A stretch of 64,000 bases of DNA from Azolla caroliniana (taxonomy: Eukaryota > Plantae > Polypodiophyta): assembly GCA_043228905.1 (NCBI GenBank), contig JBHGNT010000007.1, positions 4,278,001-4,342,000 of the forward strand, read 5' to 3'. The translations under genes and the position numbers were made by a program. Shown here piece after piece: positions 47,588-60,075 of this stretch. Under the pieces are notes generated by a model. It was not told the origin of the DNA, ran no database searches, and saw nothing but the letters and a program-made list of their open reading frames with translations. Every line of letters starts with the position of its first letter. The stretch's first letter is position 1.

Positions 47588-49246
47588 CTTCGTCCTCCCC
47601 TGCTGCTCTTCACGTCGGGTTCACCAAATGATGTCGCGAAGATTCGCGCGTGCGTGTGCTACTCGAGCGACCACCGGGGTCTTGGACTGGGGAGGATGAT
47701 CGCGGAATTATCGACGCTAGATGCCGATCAATGTAAGATTAAATGAAAATGGTTTACTTGAGAAGAAGAAAAATTGTACACTTGAGAAGTAGAAAATAAT
47801 GAAGAAGATAAAGACAAATATTATATTGATGATAATGGTGTTGGTGATATCACATATTGAGCCCCCCTTACACAAGCCCAACTAGAGGCTTTTATAGGTC
47901 TTTCCATGCTCGTGACATGCACAAAACCATGGGCTAAAACCATGGTTTTGTGCACACGGTTTTGCTTATGTCATGCACAAACCATGGGTTTAAAACCATG
48001 GTTTTGTGCACATGGTTTTCTATGGTTGTTTCGTCTATAATTTGTATATGAAAAGAAAATACATAGAATCTACACTATATGATAGTTGTCCTAATGGTAA
48101 GGCAATCATCTTGTATCTTAGAGGTGCAAGGTTCAAACCTTGCTTGCACCCCTCTGTATGAACTCAAGTGCCACTAGGCCTTAGGAGGCTTATTTGCTAA
48201 GTGTATGTGCAATGTTGCACATCCTTGGTTTATTCGTCTCACTCGGTTTCACACCGTAGCCGAAAATCGTCACGACAGCGTCCAACAACTCAAAGCAACC
48301 ATCGTAGAGATGCAACAACAAGGAGCCAGAACACAAGGGATTCATAAAGAACCCAAGATCGGTCTTCCCATGAAATTCGATGGAACGCGATCGCAGTTTA
48401 GAGGGTTCCTTAATCAGGTACGACTAGTTATTCAAATGCATCCTTCTTGATCTCCCACCGATGCATCACGAGTGGGTTTAGTAGGCACGTTGTTAAGTGG
48501 CCCAACGTTGGCATGGTTCACTCCATTGTTAGAAAAAGAATCTCCATTACTAAACAATTTTGAGGAGTTTATAAGTGAGTTTAAAGCCTGTTTTGGAGAT
48601 ACTGACAACATAAGGACAACAATCAACAAAATCCGACGACTACGTCAAGGCGATCATCCAGCCTCCGCATACGTTGCAGATTTTCGTCCACTCGCCTCTG
48701 ATATCCCTTGGGATGATCAAGCGTTAATGGAGCAATTTCGTTATCGTCTATGTAATGATGTCAAAGATTTACTCTTGACCTTTCCCGAAGAACCAAAGTC
48801 ATTAATAGAAGTAATCAGTCGCGTAGTGAGATGCGACAATCGCCTCTTCGAACGGCGTTCGGAATGTCAGTTCCAGATGCCAAGGGCAAGATCGGAGTCT
48901 ACCTACGCCTCAGTGGTAGCGAAACCTTTTCCGAGGGAGTCATATAATGCGCCTCCAGTAAGTACTCCAACTCCGATGGAAATTGACACCACACGTCGTC
49001 GTGGACCACTATCGGAAGAAGAAAAGCAATGACGCTGAGCAAACCGACTATGTCTTTATTGCGGTGGACCAGGGCATATCGCAGTAAACTGTCCCCATAG
49101 GCCAAGAAGGCAGGTAACCAAATAGTTGCTAGTTCTAATTGTACTAAACCCAAGTCTATTTCAGTAGGGATATCTGATAGTCCTAATAGTACTAATAGCC
49201 CAAATCTAGTGAACAAATTTGATGTCCTTAGTCAGTTAGAAGTAGA

Positions 49247-49298
49247 GTTAAACGATTAAGTCCAGCCAAAATAGGAGCCGTTTGGTTGGACAACCCTA
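49247..49298 (+). promoter_or_regulatory. Putative gag-pol -1 frameshift signal of the chromovirus (G_UUA_AAC plus stem/pseudoknot)
   Basis: 6-nt spacer, 11-bp stem GTCCAGCCAAA/TTTGGTTGGAC, loop TAGG pairs with CCTA; -1 frame runs into protease ORF 49286-50020. Confidence 0.7.
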
Positions 49299-52153
49299 GA
49301 TCTATGCAACCCATTAGTGGTTCCATTCCGTCTAAGCAAGTTAGCAATGTGTTCGTAGCCCAAGTAATAGTTAGTACTAAAAGTACCCCTCCAGTACATG
49401 TCTTAGCACTTCTAGATTCTGGAGCTAATTCTTGCTTCATGGATAAGAACTTTGCCCAAGCTCATCAGATATCTCTCAGAAAACTCCCGTGTCCAGCCTT
49501 TGTAGTAGTCATTGATGGTCGTCCCATTGCTTCCGGAAATATCATAGAAGAGTTAGAGCCCATTAATATTGTCCTAGATAATCTAGCATGTGTAGTATCA
49601 TTTAATATAATTAGCATCCTAGAACACCCCATTTTTTTAGGATTACCATGGTTCGAATTACATAACCCAGACATAGATTGGAGAACAAGAGAAATCCGGT
49701 ATCGAAAAACCCTTTCGCTACATCAGTTGCGGGAAGAAGGACGCAAGGAAGAAATGTTTCTCTTCGCAATATCAGTAAAGCCCTCAGACACCATTAAAGA
49801 GGAGCCCATCATTCAACTTCCAAAGAAGTATCATCATTATGCCGATGTGTTCGATAAAGTACAAGCCAATACGCTTCCTCACCATCGACCATATGATTGC
49901 CCCATCGATTTACAACTGGGGAAAGAGCCACCATGGGGACCGATCTACAATTTGTCACCAACCGAGCAAGAAGTCCTACGAGCCTATATCGAGGAGAATT
50001 TGGAAAATGGTTTCATTTAGCATTCGAAATCTCCAGCCGGCACACCCATTTTGTTCGTCTCATTGTAGATTATCGTGGCTTGAATAAGGTTACAATCAAA
50101 AATAGGTATGCACTTCCCCTTATCTCAAGTCTTTTAGAATGGATCAATGGTGCAAGCTTCTTCACGACGATCGACTTACAGGGAGCCTATAACCTCGTAC
50201 GGATCTGACCAGGAGATGAATCGAAGACCGCGTTTCGCACCAGATATGGGCACTTCGAGTATACGGTCATGCCGTTCGGCCTCACTAATGCGCCAACAGT
50301 CTTCCAGCACATGGCAAATGATATATTCTGAGATCTCTTAGATGTTTGTTTGATCATCTATTTGGAAGATCTACTATTTTATTCGAATACCCAAGAAGAG
50401 CATGATTCTCATGTATTGTTAGTACTAAAACAACTTCGAGAACATGGTCTTTATGCAAAGCTGGAAAAATGTAGTTTTGGGTGCAACCAGGTGGAATTTC
50501 TGGGCTATGTCATTTCCTCGGAAGGCATCTCCATGGACCCAGCTAAGGTCAAAACTGTGGTAGAGTGGCAGACTCCGCGTTCGGTGCGAGATGTGCAATG
50601 CTTTTTAGGCTTTGCAAATTTTTACTAGAAGTTCATACAGGATTACTCAAAGCTCGTTCTACCTCTCACACAGCTTACCAGGAAGGGATAATCATTCGTT
50701 TGGTCTGAAGAAGTGGACATGGCTTTCAAAAGTCTTAAAAAGGCATTTACATTGGCTCCAATTCTAGCTCATGTCGATCCGGAAAAACCATTCATTATTG
50801 AAGCAGACGCATCGGATTTCGCATTGGGGAGCATTCTGTCACAACGGGGTAATGATGAGAAGCTACATCCTGTGGCTTTTCACTCACGCAAGTTTGACAC
50901 CACCGAAATCAACTACAAAACTCATGATAAGGAGCTATTGGCAATAATGGACTCTTTTACGCAATGGAGGCATTTTCTAAAGGGATCCTCTCATCAAGTC
51001 ATCGTATTCAGTGACCACAAAAACCTTGCCTACTTTTAGGACGCTCGTGTGTTACATCGACGTCAAGCTCGGTGGGCCCACTTCCTCACGCGTTTCAACT
51101 TCAAAATTACATATAGTCCGGGGAAGCACCATAGGAAGGCAGATGCATTATCATGACGTTCGTACCTAGCACCGCGTCCCGGTGAGCCAGCTTTTGATAA
51201 CCAAAAGCAAGTAATCTTGGGACCGACACAACTGCAAGCAACACAGGTCTTTGGCATGCCCATAGATTTCCACGTTATCGATACTATATGTGAGGACTTG
51301 AAGACCGATGCTTTCGGCCAAGCCATTCTAACACAAATTGATCCCTCTCGAGCATCTTGTTCAAAGTCGCAACCTCCAGGTATGGACTATCAGCAATTCA
51401 AATACCATGATGGATTACTATTCTTTAATGAACTATTGTATGTTCCTAATTTGTTCTTGCCACCTTCGAGTAGTCCAAAACTGTCATGACACATATACAT
51501 TTGGGCATTTTGGTAGTATTGAAACATTAGATTTAGTACAATGATCATTCTAGTGACCCCGTATGCGACAATTTGTCGAAGATTTTGTTCGGACTTGTGA
51601 TACATGCTATAGAGCGAAAATGCCAAGGCATCATCCATATGGTTTATTAGAACCATTACCAATTCCAAGAAAGTCGTGGCAATCCATTGCTCTAGACTTC
51701 ATCACATATCTTCCAGTCTCTAAGGGGTTCAATGCAATTCTAACAATCGTAGATTGATATACGAAGATGGCTCATTTCTTGGCATGTACTAAGGAAATCT
51801 CCATTGAAGAAACCGCTAAAATTGTCATGCGTGAAGTATGTCGGCATCATGGCCTTCCCGATAGTATCATCAACAACCATGGACCCCAATTCGTATCAAA
51901 ATTCTGGAAGCACCTTTTTAAAATGCTCAAGGTCACTTGTAACCTCTCCTCCGGCTACCACCCACAAACTGATGGCCAAGCATAACGAACAAATCAAACG
52001 CTGGAGCAATATCTTCGGTGCTTCCTAAACTATTATCAAGATGATTGGGCAGATATTCTCCACTTCGCCGAATTTGCCTATAATAATTTTGTCCATACAT
52101 CGACTAAAGTTACGTCATTTTATGCTTATACGGGTTGTCACCCCCAGTGGTGT

Positions 52154-52750
52154 GTGTTTGAAACCCCAGAGTTGTCCACAAATCCTTGCGCAGAGGATCG
52201 TTTAGAGCGGTTACGCAAGCTACAAGCCGATTTATCTACTCATCTCCAACAAGCTCAACAAACACACACGGTTTACGCGGATCATCATCGACTTCCATCC
52301 AGTTTTAACATTGGAGATCGGGTATGGATACTACGACAACACATCAAGACTACTCGCCCATGCGAGAAGTTGGATTACCGACGATTAGGTCCTTTCCGTC
52401 TTATAGGAAAGATTAATGATGTCGCTTTTTGTCTCGATCTACCTCCGCAACTTCAGATACATCCAGTGTTTCATAGTTCTCTCCTTGAATCCTATCAAGA
52501 GAGCACCATCCCAAGACGTATTACACAGCCCCCACCCCCGATCGAGCTTGACGATGGACCTGAGTATGAGGTTGCTGCCATCCTTGATTCCAAGATTGTT
52601 CACAACAAGCTCTACTATCTAGACGATTGGCTAGGATATAGTCCCAGCGAGCGTACTTGGGAACCAATAGAGAATGTGACCAATGCACGTGCTCTTCTTG
52701 AAGACTTCCATTGTCAATATCCAGATAAACCGGATCCTCAATCCAAATGA
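52154..52750 (+). pseudogene. Integrase C-terminus with group I chromodomain
   Basis: LGPF motif, IHPVFHSSLL, aromatic-cage residues Y/W/Y present. Confidence 0.9.
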
Positions 52751-54447
52751 TAGTGTCATGACACTGTATGAATGTAAAGGGGGGGATAGTGTCATGATAT
52801 GGCAAGACTCGAACCCATGACCTTATGCTACATGGGTCGAGTTATTGACCATTAGACCATACATTGTAATACGTTGAATATTATTTTCATTTATGTTTTA
52901 TTATAGAAAATTGATGTATATTCCAAATTTCTCTGGAACATTCTAGAAACTTCAGGAGTATTCCTGAGAACACTATAAAAGGAGGCACAAGGCATTTTTT
53001 CGAACCAAATCGGTTCAATGCCAATCTTAAGCCTCCTAGCTACTATTGTATACTCTCTTCACATAATATATATCATTTATCATCATACTCTCTCACCCTT
53101 TCTCTCTCTCTCTCTATCTCTCTCTTTCGCTCACTCTTTCCTTCTCTCGAGAGTTCTACATATCTCTTAGTACTAATCCTCATCTTTTAATACTAATTCC
53201 TTCTCTGTCTTAGTACTGATCCTGACAGGGGGAGCCGAAAAGCTTCGAAGAAGCAAAGGAGGACACCCACAGCCACAAGTGGTTGAGTGCCATGCAAGAT
53301 GAGATGGATTCCCTGCATGAGAACCAAACGTATGAATTGGTGGAGTTGACGAAAGGAAAGCGGGCACTCCGGAATAAGTGGGTGTACAAGTTGAAACCGA
53401 GAGATGCCGGCAACCCCCCAAGGTACAAAGCCCGGATCGTGGTGAAGGGGTTCCAACAGAAGAAGGGTGTGGACTTCGACGAGATATTTGCCCCGGTAGT
53501 AAAGATGACTTCCATCCGGACGGTGCTAAGCATAGCGGCAAGCATGGACCTCGAGGTAGAGTAGTTAGATGTGAAGACGACGTTCCTCCACGGCGACCTC
53601 AAAGAGGAGATCTACATGCAACAACTGGAGGGATTTGTGAAGAAAGGGAAGGAGCACCTGGTTTGACAGTTGAAGAAGAGCCTCTACGGTTTGAAGCAGG
53701 CTCCCCGACAATGGTACCGGAAGTTCGACTCCTTCATGACCGACCAAGGGTACCACAAGACGCAGGCCGATCATTGCGTATTTGTGAAGAAGTTCAAAGG
53801 TGGAGACTTCCTGATACTCCTCCTGTACGTGGACGACATGTTGATGAAGGCCCGGTGAGAACCGGATGATGTGTACCCGGCAAGGAAGACCTAGTGAGAA
53901 CCGGATGATGCAGGTCCGAGGAGAACTTCTCACTGGATGAAGGGACATATATGTAAATATGTTTCTGAGAGCCCATTGGGGCTATATTTGTAAATAGTCC
54001 TAAAGTCATATTAGTATAAATATGACCTAGGGCAAACACTTTACCAGGATGGTGCATTGAGGCCAGTATTGTGTGATAGAGTTAGTTTTGGTGTAACTGT
54101 TGTATAGAGCGTAACAGAGAGAGAGAAAGACTGTGTGTGTATGTGTGTGTGTGTGAGTGATTCTCTGTTGTAACCGCCACTAGACGAAGAGAGTGAGCAT
54201 GAGGTCGTTGCCTCTGTGCCCCCCTGTTGTATTCTTTTGACATAGTGATAGTTCAGAGTATGTGGACTGCCATGGTTTTTCCCTCTCAGGGTTTCCACGG
54301 TAACATCTTGTGTACTCTCTTGTTTACAGTGTTTTGTGTATACATGCATCTATCTCCACATTCCCATTTCTATGTTTGTAACTCTCAACAAAGTGATCGA
54401 AGACTCGGTTGTGGCCGAGCATTATTCCGCATATTCTCTTGAAACAT

Positions 54448-57400
54448 GAGCACACCAAGCGTAACCTCCAATACAACTGGAGCATGAGCACGCCACCGCA
54501 CTCCACACGAACCGAGAACCATGTACCATGAGAGCCGACCACACCAACACCATAAACCTCGGACCACGCGAATTGCAAGCTCACGAACTCCCAATGACGA
54601 AGACGGGCACCAACACAACGAACCCAGAACCACCCAAACGGCGAGCTCACGGACTCGCAACGATGAACATAGGCACCAACACCATCAACTGAGAATCACC
54701 CGAACAGCGAGCACACGGGCTCGCAATGACAAACGGGGGCGAAGCAACGCTGGACCAATGAGCCTCGGGCTCACGAGCTCCACAAACAACCCGAGCACCT
54801 TGAGCGCCAACACCAAGACCAGGCCACGGACACACCTCAAAGATGAGAGTGTGTGAGAGAGAGAGATCAAGAACCCATAAGAACCTCCAACTGACCAAGA
54901 AGAGGAAGAAATATCGAAACCTTAAACTCTAGCTAGAAGAAGCTGAGAAAGAACTTATTAGCTCTAAACCTAATAGAAAGTAGAAGAAAAGAAAACAAGA
55001 AAACCCTAATGGCACACTTCCCAAAACCCTAGAAATCAAAGAGAAGAAGATAAATCTCCAAACCCTAAAGGTCTACCTCTAAAACCCAAAAACATAGGCC
55101 CCCAATGAGCTCCCCTCGACCTCCTTTTATAAGAAAAAAAAAGGAAGGGGGTTCGCCACATCGTCTTTAATGCAAAAGGAATAAAATTCCTTAAATCATG
55201 CTACATTGTCAAGCCAGATTTAAACCGTGCACCTTTAGCTAAGAGTCAATATGTCTATCCACTAGCCCATTACATGCAATATAATCCTATGTCTACAAAT
55301 CCACAACCTGTCTCCTCTCTACTTTTCATCTCTCCTCTCTCTTTTACACAACTTTCTATACTTCCTTTGTACCCTTCCGTTTCCCTTTTCTTTTGTATGT
55401 GCACAATTAATTGCCTTTTTGTGCACACACATTGCACATACACATTTTGACCCCCTTTCGTTGGTTTTTTCCCACACTCGAGCATGCCACATCACGACAT
55501 CCACCCCCAGCAAACCGCACATCCTCCGGCATGTGCCATGAAAAGAGTGTGATTGGTGGGGTGAAAGGTAGTCAACCCTTGAGTCCGTGCCGTCGCCCGT
55601 GCCGTCTTTGTTCCTCCACTTCAGACTCGCCCATTCTTTCCACCCAAACCATTGCCACCATCCAATCCACCATATTCTTGGTCAGCGTTTTTACCATGAC
55701 CGGATGTTGTGATCTCTTTTGCTTCACTCGAGCATAACCCTTCGTGCATCGTGTGCGTGCCACCTTTGTTCCGACCACCCCCTTGGCCAAGGCACTTCCA
55801 CCCTTCTTCCTTTCCCTTTACATACTTAACTTCACAAAGCCTCGCTCGAACATTGACACCAGTTACACCATGTAGCCCTTTCTTAAAGTACATGCTCACC
55901 TTTAGGTCCTTATGCGACCACGTTGCATGCTTCCCATTTTGTCCACCTTTGTGGTTAACTTTCGCGCTAGAGTTTACCTTTGTGCCTCCCTGATCTTCAC
56001 ACTAGTGTCCTCCCTCACCTTAGAAGTTGTGATCACTTCCCGAGGAACATCCTTCGAATCCACTTGGACCACTTGACCCTCATTGTCCTTTGTTGTGCTT
56101 GGTTCGGCCTCTTTGCCATACACGCTAGCTTCGACCTTCACGTCCTCACCACCACCTTTCATCTCTTGGGTTCACATTGGTTCCCAGGCACAATTGCCCA
56201 AGTCTCTAGAACTAGTTGGGAGGAGGACTCGACACCACCATACACCATGGAGTCGCCCATAGCCACCTTCGTCTCGACGTCGTTATTCGTGGCTATCTCT
56301 CCAACCGCATAGACGTTGTCCTCCTCAAACATGCAAGCTTAGCTTAGGCTTGCTTCTTTATCACTCGATGTCTCGAACACATCGGGTGTCTCGAAACACT
56401 CGTCCACCTCATAATGGTGTTTATCGCTTTCGAGTCCTCGGCCTTATCCTTGGCCGTCCTTCCTTCGCAAGACGAGACGGTGGCTTGTTCCACACCCTCT
56501 CCTGTGGTACCATTGTACCGTACTTCAGCCTTCATATCGGCCACATCATTCACTCGAAATTTTCGAGAGGCAACTTTCTCCTCATCCACCTTTACTCTTG
56601 GTTTCGGCTCCATTGGAATCTTCCCTTTGGCCTCGACTTGCAACTTCAAGCTCTCGTATGCCTCTCTTACCAATGCTTCCATGTCGTGCACCATTAAACC
56701 CTTCCGCCTCAAGCCCTCTTCCTTAGACGGTAGCATGTCGTCACATTTCGTTCCCCTTCTATCATCCCTCCTAGGCCATGTTGTTGCCAACGAAATTCTC
56801 GCTCCCTCCTTATCATGTTGTCGACACACTCTTCTCACTTGGGCCCAATCCTCCGTGACTCCGTTCACACCTTCGTCATCCTCGAGTTGGACCCCAATGG
56901 CCTCCGTTTCCTTCTAATCGATCGATTTCAAAAAGAATAGCACCTTATCCAACCCCACCAATTGTTGATCCCGCTCCGAGAGTTGAGCAAAATGACGCGA
57001 GAACTCTAGGAATGCTTGCATTGCGCTTTGATGGCCCTTCTTCGATGCTACCCACTAGTCGAACTCGCACTGACCTCGTCCCTTCTGTTTTTCGTAATTG
57101 TATGCTTCTAATAGAGCCTCTTGGAAGGACACCCATGACTCGTGAGCTTCTTGAAGCTCTCTAACCTCTTTATGTATTGATACCGTCACCACCCGACAAA
57201 AATACTTTAGCCTTATCACCTCGTCCACATCCCTAGTCGTCACCTCGGCATTGTACGCTTTTAAAACTTTTGGAACCTCATCCCCATTGAAACGACCAAC
57301 TTTTTCGACTACGCTCTCGATGTCTTGTTGACCCGCATCTTCCCTTTCTCTTTCCCTCGAAAACTCCATGATCATACTCAACATCATCACCTCGAAATCT

Positions 57401-57583
57401 TCTTCCTCCATCATCCTCCCTTACCTCCCTTTCACGTCGGGTTCATCAAATTATGTCGTGAAGATTCGAGTGCATGTTGTTCGGGCGGGACCATGAGGGT
57501 CTCGAACCAAGGAGAATGAGAAAAGGAGGAGCTTACACCACGTATTTATCACGTGGGTTCACAGTCGATAGGTCCCATACAAA
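54448..57583 (-). mobile_element. Gag-only non-autonomous LTR element NA3 (decayed); 3' LTR interrupted by C3, probably continuing at about 34960-35150
   Basis: Trp-type PBS about 57433-57448, capsid remnant (VVEKVGRFNGDEVPKVLKAYNAE), G1-type PPT at 55500, LTR start at 55499; 5' LTR truncated near 57583. Confidence 0.8.
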
Positions 57584-57729
57584 CGGTAGCATGTCGTCAC
57601 ATTTCGTTCCCCTTCGATCATCCCTCCTAGACCATGTTGTTGCCAACAAGATTCCCGCTCCCTTCTTATCATGTCGTCGACACACTCTTCTCACTTGGCC
57701 CCAATCCTCTGTGACTTCGTTCACACCTT
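57583..57729. repeat. Displaced duplicate of an NA3 internal segment (56728-56872)
   Basis: ACGGTAGCATGTCGTCACATTTCGTTCCCC...TTCACACCTT present at both sites. Confidence 0.85.
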
Positions 57730-58044
57730 AGATATAATAGATAACTAAAGGTTATTGAAGTTTGAGAGAGAGACAGACAGAGAGCAATGATTTTCCTTTT
57801 CATACATTCCCTGTGTGTGTGCGCACACACACATATATAATTCCTTTTGGATTGATTGAGTTTTAAAAAAGTTCAATCCAAACTCAGAACAAAAAAAGAA
57901 ACACTTCAATGAATGGAAAAAAACATTGTGAATCTTACTTGAAAAGTTGAAGGCTGAAGATGTGCAACGTGTAGGCTACATGACGCACACAGCAGCAGGT
58001 CGTCGTCTTCCACTTTGTAATATGCATTGTGCAGGCTCCCTTAG

Positions 58045-58107
<63 letters not shown>

Positions 58108-58148
58108 GTTTGTGGAGAGTCCTAAGTCGTCACTCTGGAGTCTGTGTG

Positions 58149-58573
58149 TGTCAGGAACAGTACTAAGACAGAGAAGGAATTAGTACTAAAAGAAGTATTA
58201 GTACTAAGAGAGGTGAAGAACTCTCGAGAGAAGGAAAGAGTGAGTGAGAGGGAGAGAGAGATCAAGAGAGAGAGTGATGATAAGAAAAGATATATATTAT
58301 GTGAAGAGAATGTACAGTAGTACCTAGGAGGCTTAAGACTAGCATTGAACTGATTTGGTTCGAAATAATGCCTTGTGCCTCCTTTTATAGTGTTCTAAGG
58401 AATACTCCTGAAGTTTCTAGAATGTTCCAGAGAAATTTGGAATATACATCAATTTTCTATAATAAAACATAAATGAAAATAACATTTTATGTATTACAAT
58501 GTATGGTCTAATGGTCAAGAGCTCGACCCATGTAGCATAAGGTCATGGGTTCGAGTCTTGCCATATCATGACA
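58149..58573 (-). mobile_element. Solo LTR of the Tcn1-like chromovirus family
   Basis: Reverse complement of 52790-53227; perfect TSD GTGTG. Confidence 0.93.
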
Positions 58574-58649
58574 GTGTGCAGACAATAGACTCGTGACTCA
58601 TGACTTGTTAGACTTCAGTTTTAACCTAATAGTAATAGACTATAGTAAT

Positions 58650-58824
58650 TATTAATTAAATCGCCTAAATGGCTTAGCCGGTTTGAGCCGATTTGGCGAG
58701 GCTCAAGCCAAGCCATACCGAGCTCAAATCGTAAAGGCAGGTTCAAGCCTAAGCCGAGCCTCTAAGCCGCTAAGTTGGTTTAGCCAAACGGTTTAGGCCT
58801 GAGCCGAGCCATTGCCTATCCCTA
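58650..58824. mobile_element. hAT-like transposon terminus
   Basis: GAGCC/AAGCC subterminal repeats ending ATTGCCTATCCCTA (TAGGG-type end). Confidence 0.55.
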
Positions 58825-60075
58825 CAATGTGGTACCAACAGACGGCCCAACCCGCAACTATGAAGAGGAGCTCGTGGTCCAAACTGTGATTGCGGACAAG
58901 GCTAAGGAACGCTATGAAAAGGCTAAAGCCGAAGTTGACCAACTAAATGAATAAGCAGCAAAAAGAGCAGTCGAGTTCCAACAACTGCTTGACGCCCTGA
59001 CGGCCCGGCTCCAGGCAATAGAACAGAACATCGTTGTGACCCTCAAAGGCCGCGCAGGACTGTGCTGCCACTCAGTTAGCCAAAATTGAGGAGGAGTATC
59101 AACGGGCAATTCACGTAAAATCAGAGGAACTCAAGGAGGAATTAAGTCGACAACTGACAGTTTTAGAAGAACCACGGACAAATATGCACTGTTCGAAAAA
59201 TGCCACGAGCTTCAAAGAGACCTCGAAACGCAAAAAAACGAGTACATCATAGAAATAGCCGAAACTACAAATTAGTCGAAACTACAAATCGACTCCTCTA
59301 ATGCTTTGAGCAATATCGAGAAGAGTTGGATTTAAAACTGAGCACAATCACCAAGTCGTACGAAATCACCAAAGTCCAATCACAGATAGAGGCCACGCAA
59401 GCGAAGGAAGAGCTGGAAATCCGCCAAGCCAGAAATGAAATGGTCAAAACACGCATCTGAGCCCTCGTCGCCAAACATCGGTCGAAGCTTAATGAAAAGG
59501 TTGAGGAGTCTCTAGCCCACGGATGGAAAGAATGGTCGGCTGAAGCAGTCGAATTACAGGTTTTCGGAGTTACAGGTTTTCCAAGCCGACACCTAAAATT
59601 GGAAGAAAGAGGGTCGTGAGTTCTATAAGATGGACAAAAATAGCATCTAGATCCTCCGCGAAGACCTCACCAAGGAATTCCAATTCCTTGCAAGAACACA
59701 CACCACAGCAATTGGAAACCTCCTCGAGGAATTCAACGATGACCAATTGTTGCTCATACTCGAAATAGAAGCCACCAACCGTGCCACAAAGGATGTAGCC
59801 CAAGGGGCAATTGAAGAAGAAGGAACATGGGGGTCACCAACAACGATGCACAGGATGAGCAAACCATAGCACAAGCCGCATTAGCCCCACTAACCACAAT
59901 GACGACTACAGAACAATAGGTCGATGCTTCGGTGACAATACACACCGAACAAATTCCACATGTCGAGACAACCCATCCACTTGCCAACCTGGCAACTACA
60001 ATGCCAATGACCAAGGAAACGACCGTGATCCAAACTCCTAAGGACATCCTTGCAATTTCGGAAGAAGATTGAGTG
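58825..60075 (+). pseudogene. Decayed coiled-coil extra ORF of the Tat-like element
   Basis: Heptad-rich reading (KAKERYEKAKAEVDQLNE*AAKRAVEFQQLLDALTARLQAIEQ) with stops, directly upstream of LTR 60187. Confidence 0.5.

Larger units (their letters stand above)
44742..48277 (-). mobile_element. Gag-only non-autonomous LTR element NA2, very recent insertion
   Basis: 646-bp LTRs (44742-45387, 47632-48277) differing at 2 positions by eye; 4-bp TSD GCGT; tRNA-Trp PBS; G1-type PPT. Confidence 0.95.
44070..53227 (+). mobile_element. Ty3/Gypsy chromovirus (Tcn1-like), full-length but decayed
   Basis: LTRs 44070-44497 and 52790-53227, G-run TSD, gag EPKIGLPMKFDG..CLYCGGPGHIAVNC, PR LLDSGA, RT, RNase H EADASDFALG, INT, chromodomain YEVAAILDSK..YYL..WLGY..RTWEP, PPT AAAGGGGGGGGA. 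Confidence 0.95.
35156..54442 (+). mobile_element. Ty1/Copia element C3 (Tork/Tnt1-like) with two nested insertions and an RT-to-LTR deletion
   Basis: 5' LTR 35156-35731, tRNA-Met PBS TGGTATCGGAGC, gag MFKLTASNYPVWK, PR WVVDSGAS, INT resumes at 43011, RT 53228-53841, 3' LTR 53842-54442, TSD AACAT. Confidence 0.93.
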
